Positions 11,390 to 22,866 of a DNA stretch of 64,000 nt are shown here, piece by piece; the first letter of the stretch is position 1; the number at the start of each line of letters is the position of its first letter. Under the pieces are notes generated by a model. That model saw only the letters and a program-made list of their open reading frames with translations, did not search any database and was not told the origin of the DNA. The translations under genes were made by a program, and so were the position numbers. Source of the DNA: Raja brachyura (taxonomy: Eukaryota); NCBI GenBank assembly GCA_963514005.1, contig OY740805.1, forward strand, positions 20,646,001 through 20,710,000, written 5' to 3'.

Positions 11390-11840
11390 AGTCACACAGC
11401 ATGGAAACAAGCCCTTTGGCTCAACTTGTTCATGCTAATCTAGATACCCCATCTAAGCTAGTCCTATTTACCCTGCAAAGAATAGATACTGTATCACTCG
11501 AAACCTTTCCCATGCCCTGTCCAAGTGTCTTTTAAATATTGTCATTGTACCTGCCTCAACTCCATTCTCTGGCAGCTCATTCCATATACTTACCACTATC
11601 TGAGCACAAAGATTGCCCCCCAGGTTCCAATCAAATCTTCCCTCTCTCACATTAAACCCATGTCCTCTGGAATTTTATTCCCCTTCTCTGGGTAAAAGGC
11701 TCCGCGCATACACTCTATCAATTCCCCTCATGATTTTAAGCACCCCTATATGATCACCCCTTAGCCTACTGTGCTCCATGGAATAAAGCCCTGGCTTGCC
11801 CAATCTCTCACTCTTGTTCACACCCTTGAGCCCCGGCAAT
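11390..11840 (-). mobile_element. Older CR1-clade LINE 3' fragment
   Basis: Minus-strand LPGLKG...GLYSMEHSRLRGDHIGVLKIMRGIDRV...VVSIWNELP. Confidence 0.75.
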
Positions 11841-12594
11841 ATGCTCATAAATCTCATAAACATAACAATGTTGCAGATAATATGCGCACCATGATTAATG
11901 CAAATAAAACATCATATTTTTGAAGGCAATATGATTCGATAAACATGGTTCAATCAATCTGACGATAATCCAATAAATGTCTTATTCACATTAATTCACA
12001 TGCAATTTGAAAATAATAATAAATATTGCAAGGTATGGAAAATTGATAGAAATTATGCCCAGTGCATAATATTTTGATGTATTGTACACACCTTATCCTG
12101 TCCAGAGTTATAGTTTAAATATAATTTGTTTAATGAGTAACCAAAGAGGTAACAAAAAGCAATGTCTTAAAGAGTAATTAATCATGAATCATGAATAGAT
12201 GAATATGTGTTCATAATGAATACCCAAGGTATGCAGAGTCTTCTATCCAGAGATGCTGCCTGTCCCACTGAGTTACTCCAGCATTTTGTGTCTATGCTGT
12301 AAACCAGCATCTGCAGTTCATTCCTACACATCTACAGTATGTTATCCACACTCTCACCCAATCTCTGCACAACAAGAGCAATTTACAGTGCCCAATTAAC
12401 TACAAACCTGCACGTTTGCACGATATAGGACAAAAATGGAGCACCCGGAGGAAATATGTGTGGTCACAGGGTGAACGTGCCGACTGGCTTGAGGTCAGGA
12501 TCTAACCTGGATCTCTGGCACAGCGCGGTATTTCTGAGAGATTTTTTTATTTACATTGATCACAATCCAACTTTATTCAAATGAATGAACTAAC

Positions 12595-12855
12595 CTGTTG
12601 TTTTGCTATGCCTCCGCATCCATTCGTCGACTTCCCCTTTGATGATTCCATGGAAACCAGTTGTGAAAACTGTATTTCTTACCCAGTAACTCCTGTCAAA
12701 TGCAGCCGCCATACATTTCTGTCTTGGAACTGTAATGGCCATGTTTTTGTCATGATACTGTATCTCACAACCGTCCAGAACACCCACCACACTATATTCT
12801 GGTAGATTAGTATTCCCGTGGTTCAGGGTGTAGTAATAGATCAGTGTGTGAGGCC
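12595..12855 (-). CDS. MHC class I alpha1 domain exon (261 bp)
   Basis: Acceptor ttttatttgtgtctag|GG CCT CAC, donor ACA G|gttagt. Translation GPHTLIYYYTLNHGNTNLPEYSVVGVLDGCEIQYHDKNMAITVPRQKCMAAAFDRSYWVRNTVFTTGFHGIIKGEVDEWMRRHSKTT. Confidence 0.92.
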
Positions 12856-14929
12856 CTAGACACAAATAAAAGAATACAATTATTGTCAAGCAATAGACAT
12901 TTCTATGGATAGGAAAGGTTTGGAGGAAAACCGGCAAAACACCAATTGGACTTAATTTGCACTAAACATGATACCCTTTATCCTGTATCTATATATTGTG
13001 AACGGCTTCATAGTAATGTAGTCTTTTCACTGACTGGATAGCACACACAAAACATTTTCACGTGACATTAATAATCAATTAAATTAAGCTAAAATATAGG
13101 TAGGTGGGTCAAGGTTAGATGGGGCATCTTGGCCGGCATAGATAAGGTGGGCTGAAGGGCCTGTTTCTATGCTTATATGATTCCAAATGTCAAGCTAACT
13201 TAGATTATTTTAGTTTAGCTTAGACATACAGTGTGGAAACAGGCCCTTCAGCACGAGTCCGCACATTAACACTATCCTACACACGAAGGACAATTTACGT
13301 TTATATCAAGCCAATTAACCTACAAACCTGTACGTCTTTGGAATGCGGGAGGAAACTGAAGATCTTCGAGAAAACCCACACTGGTCATGGGGAGAACGTA
13401 CAAACTCCCTACAGACAGCACCCATAGTCAGGATCGGACCTGGGGCTCTGGCACTTTAAGGCAGCAACTCTATCACAGCCCCACTGTGCCGCCCTTACTG
13501 ATCAACATTTGGAAATGATATGATATTCAGATATTCCACCCACAAAGGTGAGTCACGGCAGTTATTTGGTTCCCAGGCCACCATTTATTACACCGTGTGT
13601 CATTAAATAGTAAAATCTAGGGGTGGGTATTGGAAATGTCAGGAAGATAAAAAGAGATCAGGTCCCAAAAAGGTTAGCATGGACTTAGTGGGTCAAAGGG
13701 CTTGTTTCTGTGCTGCACTCTCTATGCTGCACTCTCAATTAGTTGCATCACATAATATTTATGTCGTAACCTGCATTTGATTAGTCTAACAAGGGTTCAT
13801 TCACTTGTGTGTCAGACGACATGTAGCTCGCTGTTGGCTCCTGTCGTCATCCAACATGTTGACAGAATTGGTCGCCCGACACGTCACAGAGTACATCGTG
13901 CCGTCGGTTCCGGGGATCGCCACGACGAGACTTCTGTCACGATTCCACACAAAAGGGTGACGGTGGAACAACGGTAGAGTTACTGCCTTACAGCACGAGA
14001 GATGGCCAGGTTCAATCCTGACCATGGGTGCTGTCTGTATGGAGTTTTTACATTCTACCTGTGGGTTTTCCCTGGGTGCTTAAGTTTCCTCCCACACTCC
14101 AAAGACGGGTTTGTAGTTTAATAGGCTTTGGTAAAGATTATAAATTGTTGCAAGTCTATTAGATATTTCTACTGTACGGGGATCGCTGTTCAGCATGGAC
14201 TTGGTGGGCTGAAGAGCCTGTTCCCATGCTATATCTCTATATCATCTTGAGCTGCAATATACAGTAGGCTGGCCAAATCGGTTTGCATCATGCCAGTACA
14301 TCAAGAGCAGACTCTAAAAATATTAATGTAACATTTAACTTCTGTTTTGATAGGACCACCTGGTGACTTTCTGATAGTTCACCACATCCCCTTTTGTCAG
14401 GGAGTTCCACTATTATCTCACTGGAGAGGCCCCACATTCACACTTCCTCAAATACCACACATTTCCTGTTCGACTAGTTTTTCAACTGTTAACTCTCACA
14501 GTCTGCCCTGTGAACATGCAGAAATTAACATCACAAATAAATCAAGATTGAACAACTCATTATCAACCTTAGACACTAAGTGCTAAAGTAACTCAGCAAG
14601 ACCACAGCATCTCTGGAGAAAAAGGCTGGATGGCACTTCGTGTCAGGACCCTACTTCAGTCTCATGCAGGTTTAGTCTGAAGAAGGTTCCCAAACCCAAC
14701 GCATCAGTCTGAAGAAGGGTCCCAACCTGAAGCTTCACCCATCATCACCCATCCTTTTTCTACAGAGATGCTGTCTGACCCGTTGAGTTACTCCAGCATT
14801 TTGTGACACACTTTGGTACAAACCAGCATCTGCAGTTCGTTGTTTCTACATCATTATGTATCTTTTTGAGAAAGCGTTCCGATAGAATTTGCATCCAAGC
14901 AAAATAAGATCACACAAAGTTACCAATAA

Positions 14930-15243
14930 GGGCGGCACAGAGGCACAGCGGTAGAGTTGCTGCCTAGGGTTTGCAGTGCCAGAGACCCGGTTTCAATCCT
15001 GACTATGGATGATGTCTCTACGGAGATAGTACGTTCTCCCAGTGACCTGCGTGGATTTTTGTCGATATCTTCGATTTTCTCCCGCACTCCAAAGACGTGC
15101 AGGAATGTAGGTTAACTGGCTTGATGCACGTGTTAAATTGGCCCTCGTGTCCATAGGATAGTGTTAGTGTGCGGGTTAGTCGCTGGCCGGTGCAGACTTG
15201 GTGGGCCGAAAGGCCTGCTTCCATGCTGTATAGCTAAACTAAA
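14930..15243 (+). mobile_element. V-SINE (HE1-like), near full length
   Basis: gggcggcacagaggcacagcggtagagttgctgcc head, central V-domain, gggccgaaaggcctg...ctaaact tail. Confidence 0.8.
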
Positions 15244-16349
15244 AAAACGAAAGAACCTATTTTACATATCTCACTTCCTTTGGTTCAGGCAGTGTTCTCT
15301 CCGGTGAAGCCTGCTTGATAGTCATTTTCAGTGCTTATTCTGGCTAATAGTGTTAGCAACATGAAAACCACAGAAATAATCTTAAAAAAACTGAATCATG
15401 CAGCATATAAACAGGCCCTTTTGCCCAATCTTGTCTATGCTGACCGAGATGCTTATCTACAATTACATGAATTATGCCCTTATCCCTCCCTGACTTTCCT
15501 ACCAAAAGCCCAAATGTTGTATAGACATTGTGGTTATATCTGCCTCTACCATCTCCCCTGCAGCTCATTCCAGATAACAACTACAGTGAGAAACATCTGC
15601 TCAGATCCCCTTGACATTTCTCTCCCATCACGTTAAAACTCCAGTTCTAGTCTCCACTGCCCTGGGAAAGAGGCAGTTACCCTCTATACTATCTATACCC
15701 CAAATATTGTCCCAAAATGCTGGAGTAACTCAGCAGGGTAGGCAGTACTTCTGGAGAGAAGGAATGGATAATGTTTAGAAATGTCACTCATTCCTTCTCT
15801 CCAGTGATGCTGCCTGTCCTACTGCGTTACGCCAGCATTTTATGTCTGTCTCCTGTGTAAACCAGCATCTGTTGAACCTTCCTGAAGAAGGGTCAAAACC
15901 TGAATAAAAAGGGTCTTGAGCCGAAATGTCACTCATTCCTTCTCTCCAGTGATGCTGCCTGCCCCACTGAGTTACTCCAGCTTTTTGTGTCTTTCTTTGG
16001 TTTAAACCAGTATCTGCATATCCTTCCGTCACTACCTATAGCCCTCATTATCTCACTCCTGCATTCCAGTGAGAATAAATGCAGCCTATCCAATCTCTTC
16101 ACATAACCACACACCTTTATTCCAGGCAACAACCTGGCAAAACCCTTCTGCACTATTCATCACATCCTTTTTAGTTTAGAGATACATTGCAGAAACAGGC
16201 CCTTCGGCCCACAGCCGACCAGTGATCCCCGCACAGTAACGTTAGTACTGGAACGACCACAACTCTAAACAATACTCCATGTGCAGCCTAACCAATGTTT
16301 TGTTTGATTTCTCAACTCATATACTTGATGACTGAGTCTATTCAGTTAT

Positions 16350-16866
16350 ACATGGCCCTGATGAGACTCCACCTGGAATACTGTGTGCAGTCTTTGTCTC
16401 CTAGTTTGAAGAAGTACATTCTTGCTATTGAGGGAATGCAACAAAGTTCACCAGGACGGCAGGACTAACATATGATAAAATAATGAATCAACTGGGCTTA
16501 TATTCACTGGAATTCAGAAGGATGAGAGGGGATCTTACGGAAACGCCGAAAACGATAAAGGGATTTGACAGGCTAGATGCAGGAAAATAAGGGGAAGACC
16601 ATTTAGGATTGAGATGGGGAAAAACATTTTCACCCAGAGTGTTGTGAATCTGTGGAATTCTGTGCCACAGAAGACAGCGGAGACCAATTCACTGAATGTA
16701 TTCAAGAGAGAGTTAGCTCTTAGGGTTAACGGAATCAAGGGATATGGGGAGAAAGCAGGAACGAGGTACTGATTTTGGTTGATCAGCCATGACCATATTG
16801 AATGGTGGTGCTGGCTTGAAGGGCCGAATGGCCGACTCCTGCACCAATTTTCTATGCTTCTATGTC
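16350..16866 (+). mobile_element. CR1 LINE 3' fragment
   Basis: RLHLEYCVQ-type motif through ORF2 C-terminus and the 3'UTR/tail. Confidence 0.8.
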
Positions 16867-17859
16867 TAAGCGGACAAACATGCCAAAGTGCATTCTTTGC
16901 TTTCCTGTCTACCCTTGTCGGCATTTTTACGTAACTTATGAACTTGCAATCCAAAGAGACTCTGTACATTAACACCCCTCAGGTTCTGACCTTTTATGTC
17001 CTACCAGAACATGACATGAGGATGCACACAACTTCACACATGTCCAGATTACATTTCTTCTACTATTGCTCCATCCAGCTCTCGAGATAATCTGTATCCC
17101 ACTGTATCCATAGACAACCTTATTCAATGTTTATGAATCCATCAATGTACATGTCATCTGCAAACCTAGTAATCAAACCACCTATATTCACATCCACATC
17201 ATATATACTATGCACTGCAAAACACAAAGGGCTGCAGGGACGCAGCAGGTCAGGTAATATCTGGAGCAATGTTTTCCACTCAGCACGTACTCCTGCAGTC
17301 TAGAATGGACAGATGATGTTTTGGGTCAGACACTTCTTCAGACTGACTGTAATAGAAAGCTGAAAAAGAGAGGTGGGGCTGGGACAAAGCCTGACAAGTG
17401 ATACAGGTGATAAGACATAAAATGCTGGAGCAACTCAGCGGGCCAAGCAGCATCCCTGGAGAGAAGGAATGGGTGACATTTTAGGTCAAGATTCTTCATC
17501 AGACTAGTTGGGGATAAGGGAAACAAGAGATATAGACAATGGTGTAGAGAGGTAAAGAACAGTGAATGAAAGATATGCAAAAAAGTAATGATGATAAGGG
17601 AAACAGGCCATTGTAAGCTATTTGTTGGGTGAAAACGAGAAGCTGGTGCGACTTAAGAACAGATTTGATAAGTAGATGGGTGGAGTAAGTGGCAACGGCT
17701 AGAGGTGAAAAAGTGACAAAGGGTCTGAAGATGGGTCTCGACCAGAAACATCACCCATTCCTTCTCTCCAGAGATACTGCCCGTCTCGCTGAGTTACTCC
17801 AGCTTTTTGTTTCTATCTTCGGTTTAAACCAGCATCTGCAGTTCCTTCTTACACAAGAG

Positions 17860-18690
17860 ACAACGGGTGTCAGGTAAGGAGATAAGAGGAGTGAAATCTA
17901 AAGCCAGATGAAGGGCCAAAGGTGGAAGGAGACAAGGGGGTGGGGGGGAGGAGAAAGATAGGGGATAAAAGTGCAATGAGAGAATTGGGGAGGGGAGATG
18001 CATAAACAAAGGGGAAAGGAACTGAGTGATTGGGAGGAAAGATCCTAAAGCGGGGGGGCAAGATAGATCACTCCTGCCAAATGCAATGGGCTGACATGGA
18101 GTACGGAACGGAACGGAATAAGGGCCTTGTTTTCATCCATTTCCGTAAACCGACCCGACCCGACTCGCAGTGTAATCAACGTTGCGGGGGAACAGTTTGT
18201 GTTAATAAATTAAAATTCTGAAAACGAGGAGAAGATTTTTACCAAATTACTTTTATTTTTACGAGGATGTTTCCGTAACCAGCTTCTGTTTGTCGAGTGA
18301 TCTATCTTGCTTGCTATAGGATCTTTGATTGGGAGAGTGGGTGGTAGTGGGAGAAATAGGTGAATAGGTTCACACCAGGGTGGACAGGAAAGAGCGGGTG
18401 TTGGGGGGGGGGGGGAGGGGGGGTTGTCGGATTAGAGGAAGGGGTGGGTATTGCCTCAAATTGAACAATTCAATGTTGATATCATTGGACTGTAAGCTAT
18501 CCAAGTAGAACATGGAGTGCTGTTCCTCCAGATTTCATGTGTCCTCACTCTGGCAATGGCAGAAGCTAAAGACAGGATAGTTGGTCTGGTACTGGGAAGG
18601 GGAGTTGAAAGGTTAGGAGCTGGGAGATCCAGCGGGCATTGACAGACAGAATGCAAGTGCTTTTTAAATGGTCGTCCAGTCTATGCCGAT
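17860..18690 (-). mobile_element. Degenerate Penelope-like 3' fragment, interrupted by a MITE
   Basis: Decayed GIY-YIG C-terminal sequence at about 18456-18690, homologous to 2277-2624. Confidence 0.55.
18037..18327. mobile_element. MITE with CAAAGATCCTATAG-type TIR and 8-bp TSD (P or hAT superfamily)
   Basis: Ends gaaagatcctaaagc / gctataggatctttg; perfect TSD ATTGGGAG at 18029-18036 and 18328-18335. Confidence 0.8.
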
Positions 18691-19366
18691 GCAAAAGAGG
18701 CTGCTTTGGGACACAGAAAGTGGTAGATGCCTGGAACACACTCTCAGGAGAGGTGGATGCAGATGCTACAGCACAATATATGTGGATAAGCATTCACACA
18801 CATGAACAGGCAGGAAATAGAGGGGTATAGACCACATGGTGACGTGGAATTAATGTAAATAGGGTCTGAAAAAGGGTCTCGACCAGAAACATCACCCAGA
18901 AACAGAGATGCTGCCTGTCCCGCTGAGTTGCTCCAGCTTTTTGTGTCTATGTTCTGTTTTAACCAGCTTCAGCAGTTCCTTCCTGTACATCCTGCCTTGT
19001 GCATCATTGTTCTGTGTTTACAAATACAGTGTAAATAAAACCTGGCATCCTGTGTACCATTTAAATCAATTATGATTGATGTATGTTTTTATTCCACGTA
19101 ATCCTACAAAGTATCCCACAAATATACCACTCAGTGGCAGCATTCAGTGGATGGTGGCTGAGGTAAGGCAACGATCAACTAGTTCATGGATCACATTTGT
19201 TTTCTGTTGACATTGTCCTTTACAATGTAATTTAACAATTATTTTTAATCTTTTTTCCCCAAGTTACTGAACGTTTTCCACAGGGAGTACTTTTTTATGG
19301 CCCATTCTAGTGAGAATATTGATGATTGAAAAACATGGAAACTGTTCCAGTGGGCAGCATTATTAT

Positions 19367-19686
19367 GGGCGGCACGGTGCAGTAGAGGTAGAGTTACTGC
19401 CTGACAGCGCCAGTGACCCGGGTTCGATCCTGACTACAGGTGCTGTCTGTATGGAGTTTGTACATTCTCCCAGTGACCCGCATGGGTTTCCTCCAAGACC
19501 TTTGATTTCCTCCCACACTCCAAAGACGTACAGGTTTGTAGATTAATGGGCTTGGTGTAAATATCAGATTGTCCCTAGTGTGTGCGTGTATGTGTGTGTA
19601 AAGTGGCGATAGTGCGGTAATCGCTGGCCGGTGCGGACTCGGTCGGCCGAAGGGCCTGTTTCTGTTCTGTATCTCTAAACTAAACT
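19367..19686 (+). mobile_element. V-SINE (HE1-like), near full length
   Basis: A-box-like head, B-box-like ggttcgatcc, V-domain, tail gtatctctaaactaaact. Confidence 0.8.
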
Positions 19687-19784
19687 ATTAACGTCTGTAT
19701 CAAAATACTGATGAAAATAAAGTAATCGAACACGGAAACTTGTGTCTGTGCGAGCGGTCAAGCACTAATCCCACACAAAACTGT

Positions 19785-20170
19785 TCCAAATGTTGCGGGA
19801 GTCCAGAACCAGGGGTCAGTTTAAAACTAAGGGGTAGGCAATTTAGAACTGAGATGAGGAAGAACTTTTCAACCACATAGTTGTGAATCTGTGGTATTCT
19901 CTGCCACCGAAGGCAGTGGAGACTAATTCACTGGATGTTTTCAAGACAAGACTAAGAGTTAGATTTAGCTCTTAGCTATTGGAATCAAATGATATGGTGG
20001 GAAAAGCAGGAACGAGGTACTGATTTTGGATGATCAGCCATGATCATATTGCATAGATACAGACGTTAATAGTTTAGTTTCCAGATACAGAGCAGAAACA
20101 GGCTGGTTCGAAGGGCCGAATGGCCTCTTCCTGCACCTACAGTATTTTCCATGTTTCTTTGTTTCCATGT
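19785..20170 (+). mobile_element. CR1 LINE 3' fragment
   Basis: gagtccagaaccaggggtca...gatcagccatgatcatattg...gggccgaatggcct...tail. Confidence 0.75.
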
Positions 20171-22535
20171 AAATCTCACATTCCCATTAACTTCCCTCGC
20201 CTCTCAATTTTCCCATCACCCACATTTACTCGGGGAAAATTACCTTCCAGTAAAATAACCTGATCCTACCTCACAAATGTTTACAAATGCTTTAAGTGTA
20301 ACCTTGTTAAATGTCTACTGAACTGGTGATTAATCTTTATCTCCCATTTTCCCTCCCTTCTCAAAAATGTACATACTTCAGCAGGCATAACTGCACTCAT
20401 ACACATCCTTACTGTTCTCTCTGATAAATCCACAACAGGTCAAGAGAACAATTGCTCGAGTCCTGAGGATTGTATTGCTGGACTCGACTCTCAATATTAA
20501 TCAGCAAAAGACCCATGTTCTAGGGTATGATTACATTACAAAAACTACCAAATAACCTTTCCGTTTTCAGTAGAAAATAATGTAAAATAATGTCGTGGTG
20601 CTATAAACTTGACACAGAAATATAACATGTTGGAAATGGTCCAACAGCATCTGTGGAGGTAAATAGAGTTGCGACATTTTAGTTGCCAAATTAAATGATG
20701 ACGGTCCAGAACGTGAATTCAGATTTCCTCTCCTTAAGCTTAACATTTTCCATGCTTTCTGGGAATTTAGTTTGATTTAGAGATACAGTGCAGAAACAGG
20801 TCCTTCAGCCCACCGATTCCATGCCGACCAGCGATCCCCGCACACTATCACTATTCTATGCACACACTTGGGACAATTTAGAATTTTACTAACGTAATTG
20901 GTATGTCATTGGCGTGTGGGAGGAAACCGGAGCACCCGGAGGAAACCCGCGCCGGTCATGGGATGGGAAGTTCGTACAAACCGTATGAACCGACAGAAAC
21001 CGTAGTCAGGATTGAACCCATGTCCTTGTGCTGTGAGGCAGCAGCTCTGCCGCTGCACCACCGTGCCGAACCATATTTTTAGCATTTCCTGCCAAATCCT
21101 AAACTGTATCACAAGATGACTTCTCATGCAGGCTTGGTCTTATGTCATTTAAAATATTACTACATACCCCAGCAAATGGTTTATGAATAATAGAAGTGAC
21201 TTACTGTACCAGTTAAAAATCAATGTGAAAAATTTAATTCCCTCCAAATTTCATTCCCTTCTGATGTGCAGCAAGGAAGAATCTCATTGTCCTATCTGGG
21301 ACATGTGACAATAAAACACTCTTGACTGTTGAAGATGTGAGGAAGGGTCTCAACCTGTAACGTCACCTATTTCTTTTTGTCAGAAATGCTGCTTGACCCA
21401 CTGAGTTTCTCCAGCATTTTGTGTCTATCTTCAGTTCCTGCATCAGCAGTTCCTTCTTACAAAGGTGTTCCACCACCACCTGAGTTCCTGCAGCAGTTAT
21501 TTTTATGATACTAGGTTGACATGCAATTGAGACATGCTGTGAGCTTCCCTTCAAAACACAAGGACAATTAAGCCCATATGTTAATTCCTTGCACATTTTA
21601 ACCAATTACGTATTGTAAAGCCTTAACAGTGCAATTTACATTCAGCTTTCAGATAACGCATTTGACCACGAACAGATGTCTATCTCATTAAATTCTACCA
21701 GATAATGCTTCGAAAGTCTGGAAAAGAGCCTCGACCTGAAATGTCACCCATTCCTTCTCTCCAGATATGCTGCATGTCCCGCTGAGTTATTCCAGCTTTC
21801 TGTGTTTATCTTTGAAAGACATTCTCCCTCCCCCACACTTCCTGCAACTTAACATGCTTCTTTTTTCTCCTAGAAAAATAAACAAAGTGCTGGGACAACT
21901 CGACAGGTCAGGCAGTATCACTGGAGAACATGGATATGAGTTGTTGTGGAAAAGGATCCTTCTTCAGACTAATTATAGGAGGTTGGTATGGGCAGTGTGG
22001 ATGGGGAGGAGGCGATGAAGGAATCTGGATGAGAGGAGTTGGACAAAAGTGCTGGAGAAACTCAGCGGATGAGGCAGCATCTATGGAGCGAAGACAATAG
22101 GTAATGTTTCAGGCCGCATCCCTTCTTCAGAGGAGGGGCAGGTAATAGGTGAACATAGGTGAGGAGGCGATAATGTTGGTATCTATCATCTATCATCTGC
22201 CACACTTTGTCCTGCCCCTCCTCGCTTCCAGCTTTATTTACCCTCACAATCAGTCTGAAGAATGGCCCCAACCAGAATCATCACCATCCCACATTCTCCA
22301 GTAATGCTGCCCGTCCCACTGAGCTATTCCAACACTGTGTCTTTTTTTGTTAACTAGCATCTTCAGTTCCTAAATTCTTCTTTCTACTCCTTCCCGGTAC
22401 TGAAGGGCCTCTGGCCTGAAACATTAGCTCTGCTTTTCTTCCCACATATGACCTACTGCATATTGCAAAGTGTTTTCTGTATTTTACTAAAGTCAATTGT
22501 AACATTATTATTCTTGCGAGCATTAGTGAATTAAT

Positions 22536-22866
22536 GGGCCCTGTCCCACGATGCGCGTTCATTCAAGAGCTCTTCCGAGTTTAAAAAAAAATCTAACTCG
22601 TGGGAAGCACGGAGAATGAATGTAGTGGGTATGTCGGAGCTCGGGGACGTCTCTTAGCGGATCGTAACGCTACCGGCAGGTACTCGGGAAGACTTGCTAA
22701 TGGCAGGTAAGCTCGAGAAGACTCATGAAGATTTCTCAACATGTTGAAAAATGTCCACGAGAGCCCCGAGTACCGACGAGTGGCCATTACCGTAAATCTC
22801 TGAGTTCGAATCAGGGCAAACTCGGGAGAACTCTTCGAATGTACTCGTACAGTGGGACAAGGCTTT
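22536..22866. mobile_element. Harbinger-type MITE
   Basis: TIRs gggccctgtcccac / gtgggacaaggct; interior is homologous (opposite orientation) to 39278-39596. Confidence 0.75.

Noticed and set aside
12856-12937. N-terminal extension of ORF 12590-12937 as a signal peptide
   Set aside because: It is read-through of the intron polypyrimidine tract with no ATG start; a proper leader exon exists at 31332-31383.
14340-15370. Alternative leader exon closer to alpha1
   Set aside because: No ATG-hydrophobic stretch-phase-1 donor combination found; the ATG near 15362 runs into a stop.
19367-19445. tRNA genes
   Set aside because: The tRNA-like A/B boxes are SINE heads followed by V-domain and LINE-like tails.
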